Counted from the stretch's first letter, positions 40,530-54,345 are shown. The stretch is 64,000 nt of DNA from Chiloscyllium plagiosum (GCF_004010195.1 NC_057719.1:61480379-61544378); one strand, 5' to 3'. Notes: a model not told the origin generated them from the sequence alone. Numbers and translations are program-made.

Positions 40530-42653
40530 TTAAAATTAACTAGTTGGGGAAGGGGTTAGTTGCATGGAAAATTATGGAAAAAGCTAAAGGAGGGCTCAGG
40601 TGAGGTTATTAAAGTTTCCAGACCAAGTAATAGAATAAAGAATATGATCAGAAATAAAATTTCAGCTACAGCAGGTAAGGAGATGACTATGAGAAGGGGC
40701 CAGTCAATGTAGCAATAAGGGTGTTGTACTTAAATGCATACAGTATATGAAACAAGGTAAAGAACTTGTCATGCAGATTGAAATTGATGGGTATGATGTT
40801 GTGGATTTCATAGAGATGTAGCTGCAAGGGGATCAGGGCTGGAAGCTAAATATTTAAGGATACACATCATATCAAAAGGTCAGGCAGATGGGCATGGTTG
40901 CCCTTGTAGTAAGAAATAAAATTAAATTGATAGCAAGAAGTGATATAGAGCTGAAAGGTGTAGAATCTGTGTGAGTAGAGTTGAAGATCTGCAAAGTAGA
41001 TAAGACCCTGATGGGAGTTGTGTACAATCCTTTTTGCAGTAGTCAGGATGTGAGGAAGAAACTAAATCAGATGATTATAAAAAGGCATGTAAGAAATGCA
41101 CTATTACAATAATCATGGGAGAACTTCAATAGACAGATGGACTGGGAAAATTAGGTTGGTAGCAGATCTCAAGAAGGGGAATTCATGAAATGTCTACAAG
41201 ATGGTTCTTTTAGTGCAGCTTGTGATAGAATCCAGAAGGGAACAGGCAATTCTGGATTTGGTAATGTGTAATAAGGCAGACTTGATTGGGGTATTTAACG
41301 CAAAGGAACCCCCAGGGTGTTGTGACCATAATAAAATGTAGAATTTTGAGAGGGAGAAATTGGAATCCGATGTTATGATGTTACAACTGAGTAAAGACAT
41401 GAGGGAGGAGCTGGCTAGAGTTGATTGGAACAGGAGCTTAGCAGGGAAGATAGTGGAGCGGCAAAAGCAGGAGTTTCTGAAACTAATTCGGGAGACACAG
41501 CAGAAATTCATCCCAAGGAAGAAGAAACATACAAAGGGGAGGACAATGCAACCACGGCTAACAAGGGAGTCAGGGACAGCATAAAAACAAATGAAAAAGC
41601 ATAAAATATGGTGAAGTCTGGTGGGAAGCCAGAGGATTGGGAAACTTTAAACCAACAGAGGATAACTAACAAAGCAATAAGGGGGGAGAAGATGTAATGT
41701 AAGAGTAAGCGAGCTAGTAATATAAAAGAAGAATGCAAGAGTGTTTTTAGATATTAAAAAAAGTAAGAGGGAGGCAATGATGGATATTGGACCACTTGAG
41801 AATGAGGCATGAAAAGTAGTAATGGGGAATAAAGAAATTGCAAATGAATTAAAAAAGTGCTTTGCATCAGTTTTCACAGTGAAAGACACTAGTAGTATAC
41901 CAGAACTTCAAGAGAATCAGAGGGCAGATGTGAGCATAGTAGTTCTGATGAAGGAGAAGATGTTGGGGTAGCTAGAAGGTCTAACGATGGATAAATCACC
42001 CAGATCAGATGTACTACACCTCAGAGTTCTGAAGGTGATAGCTGAGAGATTGTGGAGGCATTGGTGATGATCTTTCAAGAAACCCTGGAGACAGAGATGG
42101 TCCCAGAGGACTGAAAAGTGTCCATTATAAAATCCCTGTTTGAGAAGGGAGGAAGGTGGTAGGCAGGAAACTATAGGCTAGTAAGCCTGACCTCAGTATT
42201 GGTAAGATTATAGAGTCCTTTATTAAGGATGAGATTGTGGAACACTTGGAAGTGTATGGTAAAATATGGCTGAGTCACCATAGCCTTGTCAAGGGGAGGT
42301 CATGCCTGACAAATCTGTTAGAATTTTTTGGGAAAGTAACAAGCAAGTTCGACAAAGAACGTGGGCGTGATCTATTTGGATTTCCAGAAGGCCTTTGACA
42401 AGATGCTGCACAGAATGCTGTGAATTAAGATGAGAGCTCATGGTGCTCGGAGCAAGGTGAGAGTAATGATAGAGTATTGGCTGACTGTCGAAAGGAAGAA
42501 AAGGCATAAAGAGGTCTTTTTCAGAATGGCAGCTAGTGACTAGTGGAGTTCCACAGGTCTACGTTGGGACTACAACTATTCAAGTTATACATTAATGATC
42601 TGGACAAAGGAACTGAGGGCATTGTTGCTAAGTTTGCAAATGACCCAAAGATA

Positions 42654-42890
42654 AAAATCACACAACACCAGGTTATAGTCCAACAGGTTTAATTGGAAGC
42701 ACACTAGCTTTTGGAGCGCCGCTCCTTCATCAGGTGATTGAAAGTGATTGACGCTCCTTCATCAATCACCTGATGAAGGAGCGTCGCTCCGAAAGCTAGT
42801 GTGCTTCCAATTAAACCTGTTGGACTATAACCTGGTGTTGTGTGATTTTTAACTTTGTACACCCCAGTCCAACACCGGCATCTCCGAATC
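42654..42890. mobile_element. PLE family B fold-back element inserted in the CR1 RT
   Basis: Inverted arms plus a 40-nt tail. TSD ATGACCCAAAGATA at 42640-42653 and 42891-42904. Confidence 0.9.
42767..42801 (+). ncRNA. Minimal type I hammerhead ribozyme motif, intact core
   Basis: CAC-CUGAUGA-A-GGAGC-GUC-GCUCC-GAAA-GCUA-GUG; predicted cleavage after A42798. Activity not shown. Confidence 0.72.
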
Positions 42891-45800
42891 ATGACCCAAA
42901 GATAGATGGAGAGGCAGGTAGTGTTGAGGAAGCTGGGGGGCTACAGAAGGATTTGGACAGGAGAGTGGGCAAAGAAATGGCAGATGGAATACAATGTGGA
43001 AAAGTGTGGGAAAGAAAAGTGGCAAAGACTATTTTCTAGATGGCGAAAGGCTTTGGAAATCTGAAGCAGTCTTGTGAGTCTTCGTCCAGATTTCTCTTTA
43101 GGGTTACATGTAGGTTCAGTTGGCAGTTAGGAAGCCAAATGCAATGTTAGCATTCATTTCAAGAGGGCTAGAATGAGAGTAAAGGATATAGTATTGTACT
43201 GGGCTCTGGTCAGATGATATTTGGAATACTGAGAGCAGTTTTGGGCCTGTATCTAAGGAAGGATGTGTTGGCATTGAAGGGCATCTACAGGAGGTTCCTG
43301 TGGATGAAGGGCTTATCATATTAGAAGCGATTGAAGATCCTGGATCTGTACTAGATGGAGTTAAGAAGGATGAAAGTGGATCTGATTGAAATTTACAGAC
43401 TATTGAGAGGCCTAGGTAGAGTGGATGCAGAGAAGATGTTTCCACAAGTAGGAAAGAATAGGATCGGAGGGCACAGTCTTAGCGTAAAGGGACAAATGTT
43501 TTGAACTAAGATAAGGAAGAATTCTTGATGGTAAATCTGTAGAATGCAGAGTCCAAGTCACTGAGTGTATTTAAGTGAGAGAAAACAGTTCTTGATTGGG
43601 ATGGGGAGAAGACAGGAGAATGAGGTTGTGAAACATATCAGCCATGGCCACAATGCAAACCCCAAGGGCCGAATGGCCTAATTCTGCTTTTGTGTGATAT
43701 GGTATCATAGTCTATCACAGAAAACATTGATTCATAATTGGATATGAAAGGTGAAGTGCAGCAATGGCAGCACCAGGCCCCTCACAGTATGAAGAAAAGA
43801 ATTCTTGATTTGGCCAGAGAAGAACATGATCACTTATGTGGGACTGGAGACTCCACAATGGCCACGTAACCCACTCAGCTTTATTGTGCTCATCTGCACT
43901 CCTATCCCATTGACATCAGTGCTAACTCATTCTTATTCTGCAAAATAAGCTTTTATCTCCCTTATTGAATAAGCATCCCTCTCTCTTAAGCAAGCACTAC
44001 TAACACCCAGATAACCTCCACCACAAAGAGGCCAGGAATGGTGACTGTCAGCTCCACTTCAAACTTTGAGGATGAAATCACTGAAGGAATGCACTAGAAA
44101 GACTTTTATTTGCACCATCCACCATTTCAGACCCTTTCACATTGTTGGTTACTCCATCATTTAGACTCAAGAGGACAAGCTGGCGAGTACACCACTGACA
44201 GCACTCCATAACTGGTCATGGAAGAAGCATCAAGGTCTCTGGCACACGGAAGTATGCTGGAGAATAGGCACCTGCTCAGCTCAGCCCAGGTAGAAGACAA
44301 TCCATAGTCTTACCATTGATGGCTTCATCATATTGCATAGACAGACACAGAGTAGGCAGATTTCTCAGAGAAAGTCAGCAAGCTAGTTTGAAAGATTGAG
44401 AAGTCCAGAGTACTCTCAGCCTGCCAGACATACAAACAGACTTGCACTCTATCCTTCAGATCATGTACTTAGCACTAATGGCAATCTGAAGGGAACTTCA
44501 GTCTAGGTGCCCTTCCTTTCAGAGAGACAGGGAAGACAAGTCACACACAGGACATCCAGAAGCTTCTCCTCGGGATACTCCAGAGGTGCTTGGCTGCTTC
44601 ACTTCCCCCTTGTCTGTGATTGCAAAGCCAGCAGAAGTTGAAACTTAGGAGCATAAGCCAATGTCTGGGCAGGCGTGAGACCTTTATGCCTTAAGGCCCT
44701 GGGGACAACAGCCCAAGTCTTTCAAGCCACTGTTGGAGCAGTTGACATGTCCACCCTCCCTCTATAGCACAGTGATTTGTCAAGAAATCTTGCACAAAGT
44801 TAATCGTCTGTGGGTTCAATGTACACCTACAGGAGATTTAAGCAATTCAGGCTAGCTTTGCACTCTATGCACACTCTGTAACACTGAAGGTCTATGAATG
44901 ATTTCTCAGAATTTCTGAAACTTGCTGTTTTCATGATTTTGTTGTACAACATTCAGATCTGATATGCTGACTAAGGACTTGAGAGCAACTTGAGACTTCA
45001 TGCCATGTAATGTTAGTTTACCTTCTCTCTGACTGCTGATTTTTCCCTAATGGTCAGTAAGACATGTAATGCGTTGACAATTGAAAGAGTGATAATTCAA
45101 AGATGTCATACCTACAATCAAATGAAAAATCAAACATTTATTTGTTTAAAAAATGTCAAGGATGACATGGTAGCAAGCTCCACATGTCCTTTGCACTAAG
45201 CTGGGGCTGCTTACCAAATTATCAACAGAATCCTAAACAATTAAAGGAAGTCTACTCCCAGGAGACAGGAGACAGGAGAACGAAGTTGTAAAACATTAGC
45301 CATGGTCACAATGCAGACTCAATGGGCCGAATAGCCTAATTCTGCTCTTCTGTTCCATTCCCAGCTGAAAAGGAATTTCAATTAAACTCTCTCTAGCTGC
45401 GTGTACTTGATGATGTTCAGTTCTGCCTTCCCAGTCAACATCCGCATCCTCAATTTCACCCTCAGACGATCACTGTTGATCCACCATTTCCTCTGAACCC
45501 AGGACACCCATTCTTTGTTGGTTCCAATTGTGAAGGACACATCATCTGACAATGATGTGGGACACCCTGTCTTGGCTATACTGTCACAGCAGTGCAGGTA
45601 TCGAAATTTCATCCTAAGGAGGTCTATGGTCAGTTCCACAGTGGTACTGTGAGCATAGTATCTTTATTCTGCATTAGACTCAGGCATTCATAAACATGAG
45701 ATCAGTCATATTTTGAGCAGTGGCCCTGGTCTTCAGTAGAATTTCATGATATCCCCTGAAGATCACGCAAGAAGGGAGGAACCATGAGTTCTCGAGTCTG

Positions 45801-48504
45801 AAACTTGGCATGGATGATCACAGATAATTTATAGATGATTGATGGACTGGAAGTGTTTATTGTTATTGACAAACACTGCATGTCAATAATTAGGTACTCT
45901 CAAAAAATGAGTACAAGTGCTAACATCTTGCACCTGGGGAAACCAGTGGCAGAGGAGAATTCCACTGCTTGGCTTTCTTGGCTCTCCTTGTTATGGAACC
46001 TCTTTCTGAAAGTTGAAGAAAATGACAGCAAGGCCCGTAGATCTATGGGGTCATCATTCTTCTTCATCTCCTTGGTAGATCTTCACCTGCCGTTTCTCCC
46101 TCTGTGCAGGAGGGTGTGAGGCAGCTGGACCTTGCTGTTATTACTGGGTTTGTTCATGAAATTGTAATTGCTGTGTCACTGAACATTCCCTTTGGATATG
46201 ACATCAGCCCACAAGGAACCAACCACAGCCACAATCATGCACTAATTTTATTTCTTCTGCATGTACCTCCAAGGTCATATCACATACTTCTGTGTGCAAA
46301 TGTGGCAGATGTTAAATGTTGCCTTCAGTCCTAAGTACAGAATGTTTTTGTGAAATAAAAAGCTAAGACAAAATATTTAAGTGCCTTTATCCAATTCCAT
46401 TGCTTAGCCAACACGACAAGGAGGCAATTATTGTGCACAATATAATGGTCATGATTACTAGACCCCAGCATTTTAGTATACATTTTTGGACAATGAATAA
46501 TTCTGCAATTGCCCATAGCAAGGCCTCAAATTGCAAAAGTTTACCTTCACTCTCTGAAGAAAGAAAAATGGTACCACCTGCCCTTTTCCCTCCAAAAATG
46601 GGCAAGGTGGGGTAATGGGAGAGGTTGGTGTTGGATGAGCCAAGTTCAGGGTAAGACTTCTACAACTGGGACCCCTACACCTTTTTGGCTAAGCCAGGGA
46701 CCCTCTTCATTATTACAACATTCAAAACTTTAGTGTGGACATGAAGAACACCAGAGTGCTATTCTTTCCTAAGCTGAGATTTATTCCTGAGATCTGTTAA
46801 AATTCCTTGTTCATCCATAATATTGCCCACCTCTTGTTATTTGTTTCTTATACTGGTGTGGAAACTTCAGTCCAAACGTCTTGCATATTATACTCAATAT
46901 CTCCAGCCTTTTCAGACCTGTCAAAATGTTCTTTCTGCCATATTTTTCTAAAAAACCCACTGTCTTTCTACCTCTCAGAGGTTGTCATCTCCAGTTTTCA
47001 AATCCCATGAAGGCTTCTCTCTTACCTTACATAGTCTCCTTCAGCTGTATTATCCTTAACTACATTATAAAATCTCTCTGAAAATGAGATACCTTTGATT
47101 TTTGCTCTCTCTTTCCATCTTCAGAGACTAATGTTTAATTTGCTCCATCCTTATACTCTGGACTATTTTCCTGAGGTAACTGCAGCTTGCTTCCTTTATC
47201 CCTGTTTTCAAAAGCATCCACAAAATCCTTTCTTGTCAACCATGACTTCACTACCTCTCTTCTTTATCTTCTTTTCAGTTTTCATTCGCTTGCTGCTGAT
47301 AAACCTCTCTGACCCAAAAAAACACATGTTTAATCCATGAAGTAGCAAATTTTTGATGATAAAAATTGCACATTTTTAAAAACATTGTTTTTCAATATTC
47401 CTCAATTTTAGTTGCACGTGTATATCCTAATCATTTATTTTACTCTGTAAAGTTTAACTTCAAGTGAATGAATATCAGTGCATTTTACTTCCTGATTTGT
47501 TCTCAGAATAGCCTCACATATTCTTCCCATTCACTAATTAATTTTCCATGTCCCTTTTTTGCCAATGATTTTTTCTCTCCCTTCCACTTGACATATATTC
47601 TGCATCCTTTCACTAATGATCTCTATTCTCAGCTGAGTGCAATAGTTTGTAAACTGGACAGGCCAAAATCCTAGTCTCAGACTAATATTTTTACTGCCTC
47701 CACATTCAGTATTTGAGAAGCCAACATTGATATTTAAGTCATGGTCCCATTCACCTCAAGGATATTGTTCCCGACTCTTCTAGAAAAGCTTAATGGAACC
47801 AGTTATATCAGGAAGCCTGTCGAGAGGAAGGGAAATAGTTTTCCATTTTGATACCCTGTTGTGGAGACAGGTAACAGAAGGTAATGCCACTCTTGTGGAA
47901 ACTATAAATAGCTCTACTGAGAATTTTGGATTGAATGCAAGCCTCTTTTACTAAGATTGCATCTTCCAACTGCCAAATGTTTACTAAGGAATGTCAGAGT
48001 GATGCATAACATAAAGGCATCTTTTTCATTTTAACAGCTGCTCTTTAAAAGATAGTGTTAGTTTAACTTCTGCAGCTTTACAGAGCATATGTGAATTGAG
48101 CAAAGCCTCCTTGATATTTCTCCTATGTCAACTTCCCTAGCCAAGCATAAAACACACAGGTGTGGGAAACTACCCCTGGCAATCCCATTATCATGGACAA
48201 CACGCACTCCCAACACCTTCAACCTCTACTGTTTTTGGTTATCTTACTGTGTGATCAAATTTAAAGGTATGGTTCCTGCCTTTTAAACCAGGCAGGCAAG
48301 AATGAAGGCAGCCAGGAAAGTGAGCAGTAGCAGTGTGTATCTCCCTTGAATCTGGATACAGTACCTCAGTAAATTAAAAGACCTCAGAAGTGCAGGGAAA
48401 TTGATTGCATCCTATTTTTGTGGTCAACCCCCAACACTGATATTTCTAAATTGTCCTACACAACGTGCAGAGGTAATGTGGTCTAGTGACTTGGGGCTCA
48501 GTGA

Positions 48505-48710
48505 ATAAAAGCAAAATACTGTGGTTGCTTGAAATCTGAAATAAAAACAGGAAACTCAGCAAGTTTGGCAGCATGTGATGAGAGAGAAACAGAGTTAATA
48601 TTTCAAATCTGATGTGACTCTTCATCATCTGAAGAAGAGTTATTTCGGACTTGAAACTTTAGTTCTGTTTTTCTCTCTCCACAGACCTATTGAATTTTTC
48701 CAGCAGTTTC
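48505..48710. mobile_element. Older PLE-type fold-back element
   Basis: Arms converge on GACTCTTCATCA|TCTGAAGAAGAGTTATTTCGGACTTGAAAC, two decayed hammerhead cores head to head. Confidence 0.6.
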
Positions 48711-48724
48711 TACATTGTTACAAA

Positions 48725-48900
48725 GGAAGATGGTGTCATTGTTAGAGGCCAATCATCCCAAATCACTGCAGATGTTCTTCAGGGTGAGGTCCAAAATCCA
48801 ACCATCTTCAGTTGCTTCATCAATGACCTACTCCACTGTAAGGTCAGATTTGAGATACTCACCAATGACTGCACAATGGTCAGAATCTACAACTACAGCT
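48725..48900 (+). mobile_element. LINE RT fragment
   Basis: ITADVLQGEVQNPTIFSCFINDL...ILTNDCT is a decayed GVPQGS..GP..F..FIND / FADD motif. Confidence 0.65.
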
Positions 48901-51900
48901 AACAAAGGGCCATCTCATGCAAGGAAATTCTGGAGGATCAAGCACTGATTAGAAACCTGTTGAAACAGATTATATCCCAAGTTGTTGTTATAGAAAGCAC
49001 TTTGTCCTTTTAATGTTGCTGTAAAAAATATAGAATTTTAGAACATTTGTATCTCTGGTTGATTCTCAATGGGATTACACTGCACATGTGTATGAACAAG
49101 AGCACTCTAAGGTTATTGGAAATATGACAACCATATACCACATAGTGGCTTATGAACTAAGAATTTGTACAAATTAGGTTTTTAGGGTCTTTTTAGTTTT
49201 TGAGTATTTCAAAAAATAATAAGCTATGCAGCTTTATGCTTTAAATAAGATAAAAGTTTAGCTTATTTCTCAATTATCGGTGTAAGCTTCGAAATTAAAA
49301 TGCAATTAAATTATTAGCTAAAATACCTACAAATATTTAATGTAAAGATGAAGTTACATATGAATATCAGCTTTCCACTATAATTGTAGGTCTGCCTTGC
49401 TTGAAGAATCTCTTTCTCAAGGGAAAAGATTGAAAACTTGAAGTTAGATTCAGCAGTTGTGATGATTTCCGTAGTTGAATAGTTGTAGCTTGCTCTCACT
49501 AGCAGACTAAACAGACAGGACCTCCAATTGACTGAAGGCTCCTTTTCTTTATTTTTATAGCACTATGGGTTGTGGCTCTTAGTAACTTGCTTTATTCCAA
49601 CTTCTTGGGACACAGTCTTCTACCTCCTTGTTGAGATGCAGCAATTGTTTAAAGATATTTACGTCCTGGTCTCTGCACAAAATGGTTGCTCATGGCCAGT
49701 CTTTTACACAGTTTAAAACATGAAAGTTTAAAACTTGAAAGAGCTGTTCTGCCAAAAGTATTAAATTATGCTTCCATATTAGTAGATGTTAGGTTAGCCT
49801 AAGTCTGAGGCTGAGACTCATCCATTGTCTTTTCATTGAGGTAATTAACTTTTTAATTGTTTCATCCATTAGCTTGGATGGCTCTCACTCTGTCAGGATT
49901 TTGCTGAGATAGGAGGAGATATTCACATCTTCAGAGGAGCCATTGTCAATGGCTTTCTGTTTACTCTTGGAAACGTTCTTTGAATCTTGTGATTTCCTTT
50001 TTGAGATAAGGGCAGTCTTTCCCCAGCACCTGCTGAATTACAAGGAGGTCATGCCACTTCTGGGAGCCATTTTGTAAGATGACTAGAGTCCATTTTCTTT
50101 CTTTACTTAAATATGTGCTGTAACGACACATTTATGACAGAAGTTTAATTTATTTTTGTGTCTGCATGGCACCTAGAGCCTGCTTATTGTTGAAATGAGT
50201 CAGGGTTATAGAGGAAAAATGCAATTATGAGGTGACATGGAGGTAGAATAGGAGGATTGGGTACATGGAGGTAGCATAGTGAGATAATGGCTAAGGGTTA
50301 GAGGGTCTAATCGCATTTTATGAAACTGGGGCAAGGACCCAGAGAAGCAAGGTAGGCCTTCCAATCGTTCCTCCTCACCCCACTCCTCTCCTCCATGTCA
50401 CCTTTGAGTAGCCTGGAAGAAGACAGACCTGACTCAATCACCATGCCCCCACTCCCCCACCCCTTCCCAATCTCCAAAGCAAAAGTCCTAAATGTAGGAG
50501 TACTTTTCAAACAGACAGGTTTGAGATTCCTGTCTCCATGGTAAAAATTCAATCGATTGACCTTCCAAGGTTATACAAGCCAAGTGGAAAAAGTAAACTA
50601 TTTGCAAAAAGTACCAACAAAGAGGGCAAAGGACATAATTAAATAGTTGAGTAACTAAGCTTCCTTTAATAATTAGGTGCTTGGCTTAGCATTCCTCTGA
50701 TTTTTTTTCTGTGAAACATTGAGTAGAATCATAGAAGTTCATTTTACAGGAGGAGGCCATTTGAGCCATCATGTCTATACTGGCTCCCGAAAGAGCTACA
50801 TGGCTTTACGGCTTAGCTAGAACACTGCTTGTAACTCCACTGTAACCAAGAAAATGAGAAAAGTCAACAGAGAGGAGGCTGCATCTATTCTATGGCTATG
50901 AGGTCCTGATAAGTATTTGTATCTCTACACTATATGAGCGCACATGGCAGACATAAGACATGCTGAGCTTCCTACAAGCTGTACAACCATAAAAATCCTT
51001 AATTAAAATAAATAAAGTAACAAAATCAAAAAGTAAAAATTGAAAGAGCCTCTGGAGAAATGAAAGTGAATTCGGCTTTACTTAAATGAGCACAATTTAA
51101 ACACCATTGCACTTCGAATAATTAGAAACTATCTCAGGAGAGATAAAATAACTTTGTAACAGTTTTTTTCTCATTGCAATATTTCAAGTTTAATTTCTTA
51201 AAATTCATTAAGCCCGGGTACAGCAGGCATGATGTTAATCACAGTTTTCTTTATAGCAAATACAATATTTTGTCACTTGCCTCAGAAAGGTACACTTTAT
51301 GCAAACTGAAATGTAAGTAAAAGAGCAGCAGATCATGGCTGTTGTAATATTTCAGTTATTTCCATCAGTCTTTTATAATTTAATTTGTTCAAAGGATTCA
51401 TTAACCATCAGCAGTTCTGGCAACCAGACACGCAACAAACCACAGAGGAAATAAAGCTAATAACTGGGATGTAGGGAAATTTGGCTGCAACAGCCTCTTT
51501 CAGAAGCATTTGCTGTTTGTGTTACTTTTATGTTTCAGATACTGTTCACAGTGCACAAATGCAGGCTTTTAAAATTTTTTTTTGATTTTCTTATAAACTT
51601 TTAGAAGACAAATCAGATCAGTGTCAAACCCTCGTCTTTGGAAGGTAGCACACCTTCATAACATTATCAATGCAGTTCAAGGAGCATTGTCACTCATATT
51701 CTGTCACACCAATTAACTACTACTAATGAAAAAGCTGACACTTTAAAGGAAATGGACAAAATCATTCTGCAATGCAAGAAAAAAAGTTGCTTGTGACTTC
51801 CAATCTCTCATTCAGTGGTTTATGTTTCGGTTTCTGTTATGAAGTATTCACCAACTAATGTTGCATTGTTTCATTGTAAGAAGAACCTAAATCATGTTGA

Positions 51901-54249
51901 CTCCAGTTACTAAATGATTGAAATTTTAAGTCCCCAACCCAAGGGTGAATTGGCAGCATGTAAGATTGGATGTTTTGGCAACAGAACTGTACTGTGGCCT
52001 ACCCACCTTTGTTGGATTCTACCCCATGGCAGGAAAGATATTGGGCCGTTGGTTAATCTCTGTGCCACGTGACATTTTAAAATGGTGAGTTAATGGTAAT
52101 GAAAGAGGCTCCTTCTACTGCCATTTTACTTTGTGTATACCTTCAGCAAGTGTCCAGGCTACTATGTAAAACTTGTAAGACTTGTTCCTGTGCTAGAGGC
52201 TAAATACCTTCTGTTTGAGCACTCAGTCTGCAACAAAGATCTCCTTACAGTCGCTTCTGCCCCTGCTGGTAAACCCTCATACACTTGATGAATCTAGCCT
52301 CCTGCATCCAACAGTGGGACATGCCAATCAGAATTCAGTGAAATCTCAGCCATCTTTAAATCCAGATCCATAGCAACTTTTTTTTTCAGGACTATCCATA
52401 GTCTCGGCAGGAATCACTGCTCCAAGTTGTACTCCTGGAAGTAGAAACTGCCAGCCATTTGATTCACCAATACATCTGGGAGGTGGAACTACCTTCCTGA
52501 TAGAGACAAAATTCTAACCTAATTTGCTACTGTGGTGTGGGCTTTGCCTCCAACAGGGTATTTGTGTCTGATGTAGCAATGCTTATGTCATCTCATTCAA
52601 CATAAGAACTAAATTCTGGCAATGTGGTACTGAAAGATTCAATGAATGTTTATTACAACCCTGACATATACATATGTTACTGTCACAGGCACTTTGCTGT
52701 CTGGGCTAATATTAAGCTGTTCAGTAATAAACTGTGGCACTCGCCATCAATATGTTATGGTTCAAGTCGCCCAGTTAAGTAGAATCTGAGACCTTTTGTA
52801 CCCTCTAGCCACATGCTAATGTACAGTAATAATATCATGAGTTTTTGTCTTAAAGCTATTCTACATACTAAGTGCGAGGCATAACACAAGACTACCTTAA
52901 GCAAGTTAATGGATCAATGCTTGTGGGAAGATATAGCCAAATGGAGTTATTGCTTTCCAGCCAGCAGGCAAGGCCACTGTTCCCATGCAAAACTGCAGAA
53001 AATGAGTTTTTCAAAAAAAAATTATGTATTATTAAAATGTATTGGGATAACTCTAAGTATAGATATTTGGACAGTTCTATTGATATAGCTATTTTGAAAG
53101 GTAGAGTTTCAGGTGGTTTAAAATGGAATCAGATGCTTCCAAGATTGGGATCCTGATCAGTATGATACCAGTGCCGATTGGCTCTAAGAATAATACCTTT
53201 GACAATCTTGAGGGAACGACAGTGACAGAACAACAGATGGTAATGACCAACAGTAACCATAGGCTTTCCTGGTCACCTCAACCTTGTTACACTGTGCCAG
53301 AAAAGTCAAAAAGAAGATTCTAGATTCATGTTAATCAGAATAATTTTGAAATCTCAACTTGCCTGGTATCCCCAATTGTGTTGCTGTTGCAGGAAACCCT
53401 TTTAAAGTTATTATTCCACAAAAGGAAAGTAGGAAAACAAACATAGTTAGCAACATGTAAAACAGGTAATTTGAGTTATGAATTCCAACTCCTTTAAATC
53501 ACTATCCTTCAAAAGTCAAGTGTAAGGAAATCCTTAATAAAACAGGTAATATTGGAAATGCTGGAAATACTCAGCAGGTCTGGCAACACCAGTGAGGAGA
53601 TAATGAGAGTTAAGAGCCCAGTTTTACGCTCCCAAGATATGTAACAGGAGACAGGATATGTCCTGGCTTGCTGAATCTGTCTCATTTTGTCCTTACACCC
53701 TCCATTCAAAATTGCCTAGTATCCACCAGACCTCAGGAATCATTTTGAGATGAGAAAAGTTCTAAATATCTGAAATGCCTTCACTCCATTAAAAAAATTC
53801 CATTCCTGAATGTCCACTTAAAACATTTAAGTTCACTCAAATATTTAATCACTTATAAAAACAAACAAACAGTCTTGTATTCATATTCAAATACAAAGAG
53901 AGTTAAACTTGTAATATATTCCCAAACTATCAATAAAGCTATAAACTTAGCAGTCCCCGTTCCCTACTGAGATCATGATTGGTTGTGGAAAGGGGCGAAG
54001 CATTAACAATGACATAATGAGAGCTCCTTGGTAACATCAACAAAAAGCCCATTGTAATTGCCAGAGTATCTTTTTCCCAAACTCTCACTGACATAGACAA
54101 CCTGTTTCTTTTAATCTTAAAAGAGCTACAGATGACAGCAATATTTCAAGAGAATTTACAACTTTTCTAACCATTTCTAACTCTACCCTCTGGGTTATGG
54201 CTCCTGTTTCCATGGAAATGATGTCTGCTTGAACTCAGTACTGTTACAG

Positions 54250-54345
54250 AACCAAGAGTGTGGTGCTGGAAAAGCACAGCAGGTCAAGCAGCACCTGAGG
54301 AGCAGGAGAATCAACATTTTGGGCAAGAGCCCTTAATCAGGAATC
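54250..54345 (-). mobile_element. PLE family A fragment
   Basis: GTGGTGCTGGAAAAGCACAGCAGG...GGGCAAGAGCCCTTAATCAGG (decayed core). Confidence 0.7.

Larger units (their letters stand above)
40320..43720 (+). mobile_element. CR1 LINE, from ORF1 end through ORF2 to the 3' tail, disabled
   Basis: APE/RT motifs across frames (LYLNA, YLDFQKAFDK, SGVPQ, KFAND) and 3' tail GGGCCGAATGGCCTAATTCTGCT. Confidence 0.92.
39295..46730. mobile_element. Highly decayed PIF/Harbinger-like transposon interrupted by a CR1 (ends uncertain)
   Basis: Plus ~39770-39930 resembles a Myb/SANT-like domain (WTQIAA...RNAPKYRKNINYL). Minus ~45550-45890 resembles HARBI1-type transposase (FVNNNKHFQSIN..IICDH; RYYAHSTTVELTIDLLRMKFRYL). 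Confidence 0.55.

Noticed and set aside
49380..50150. Possible solo LTRs (similar impressions at ~4030-4600, ~11750-11970 and ~23380-23950)
   Set aside because: No verified TG...CA ends, TSD or second copy in the window.
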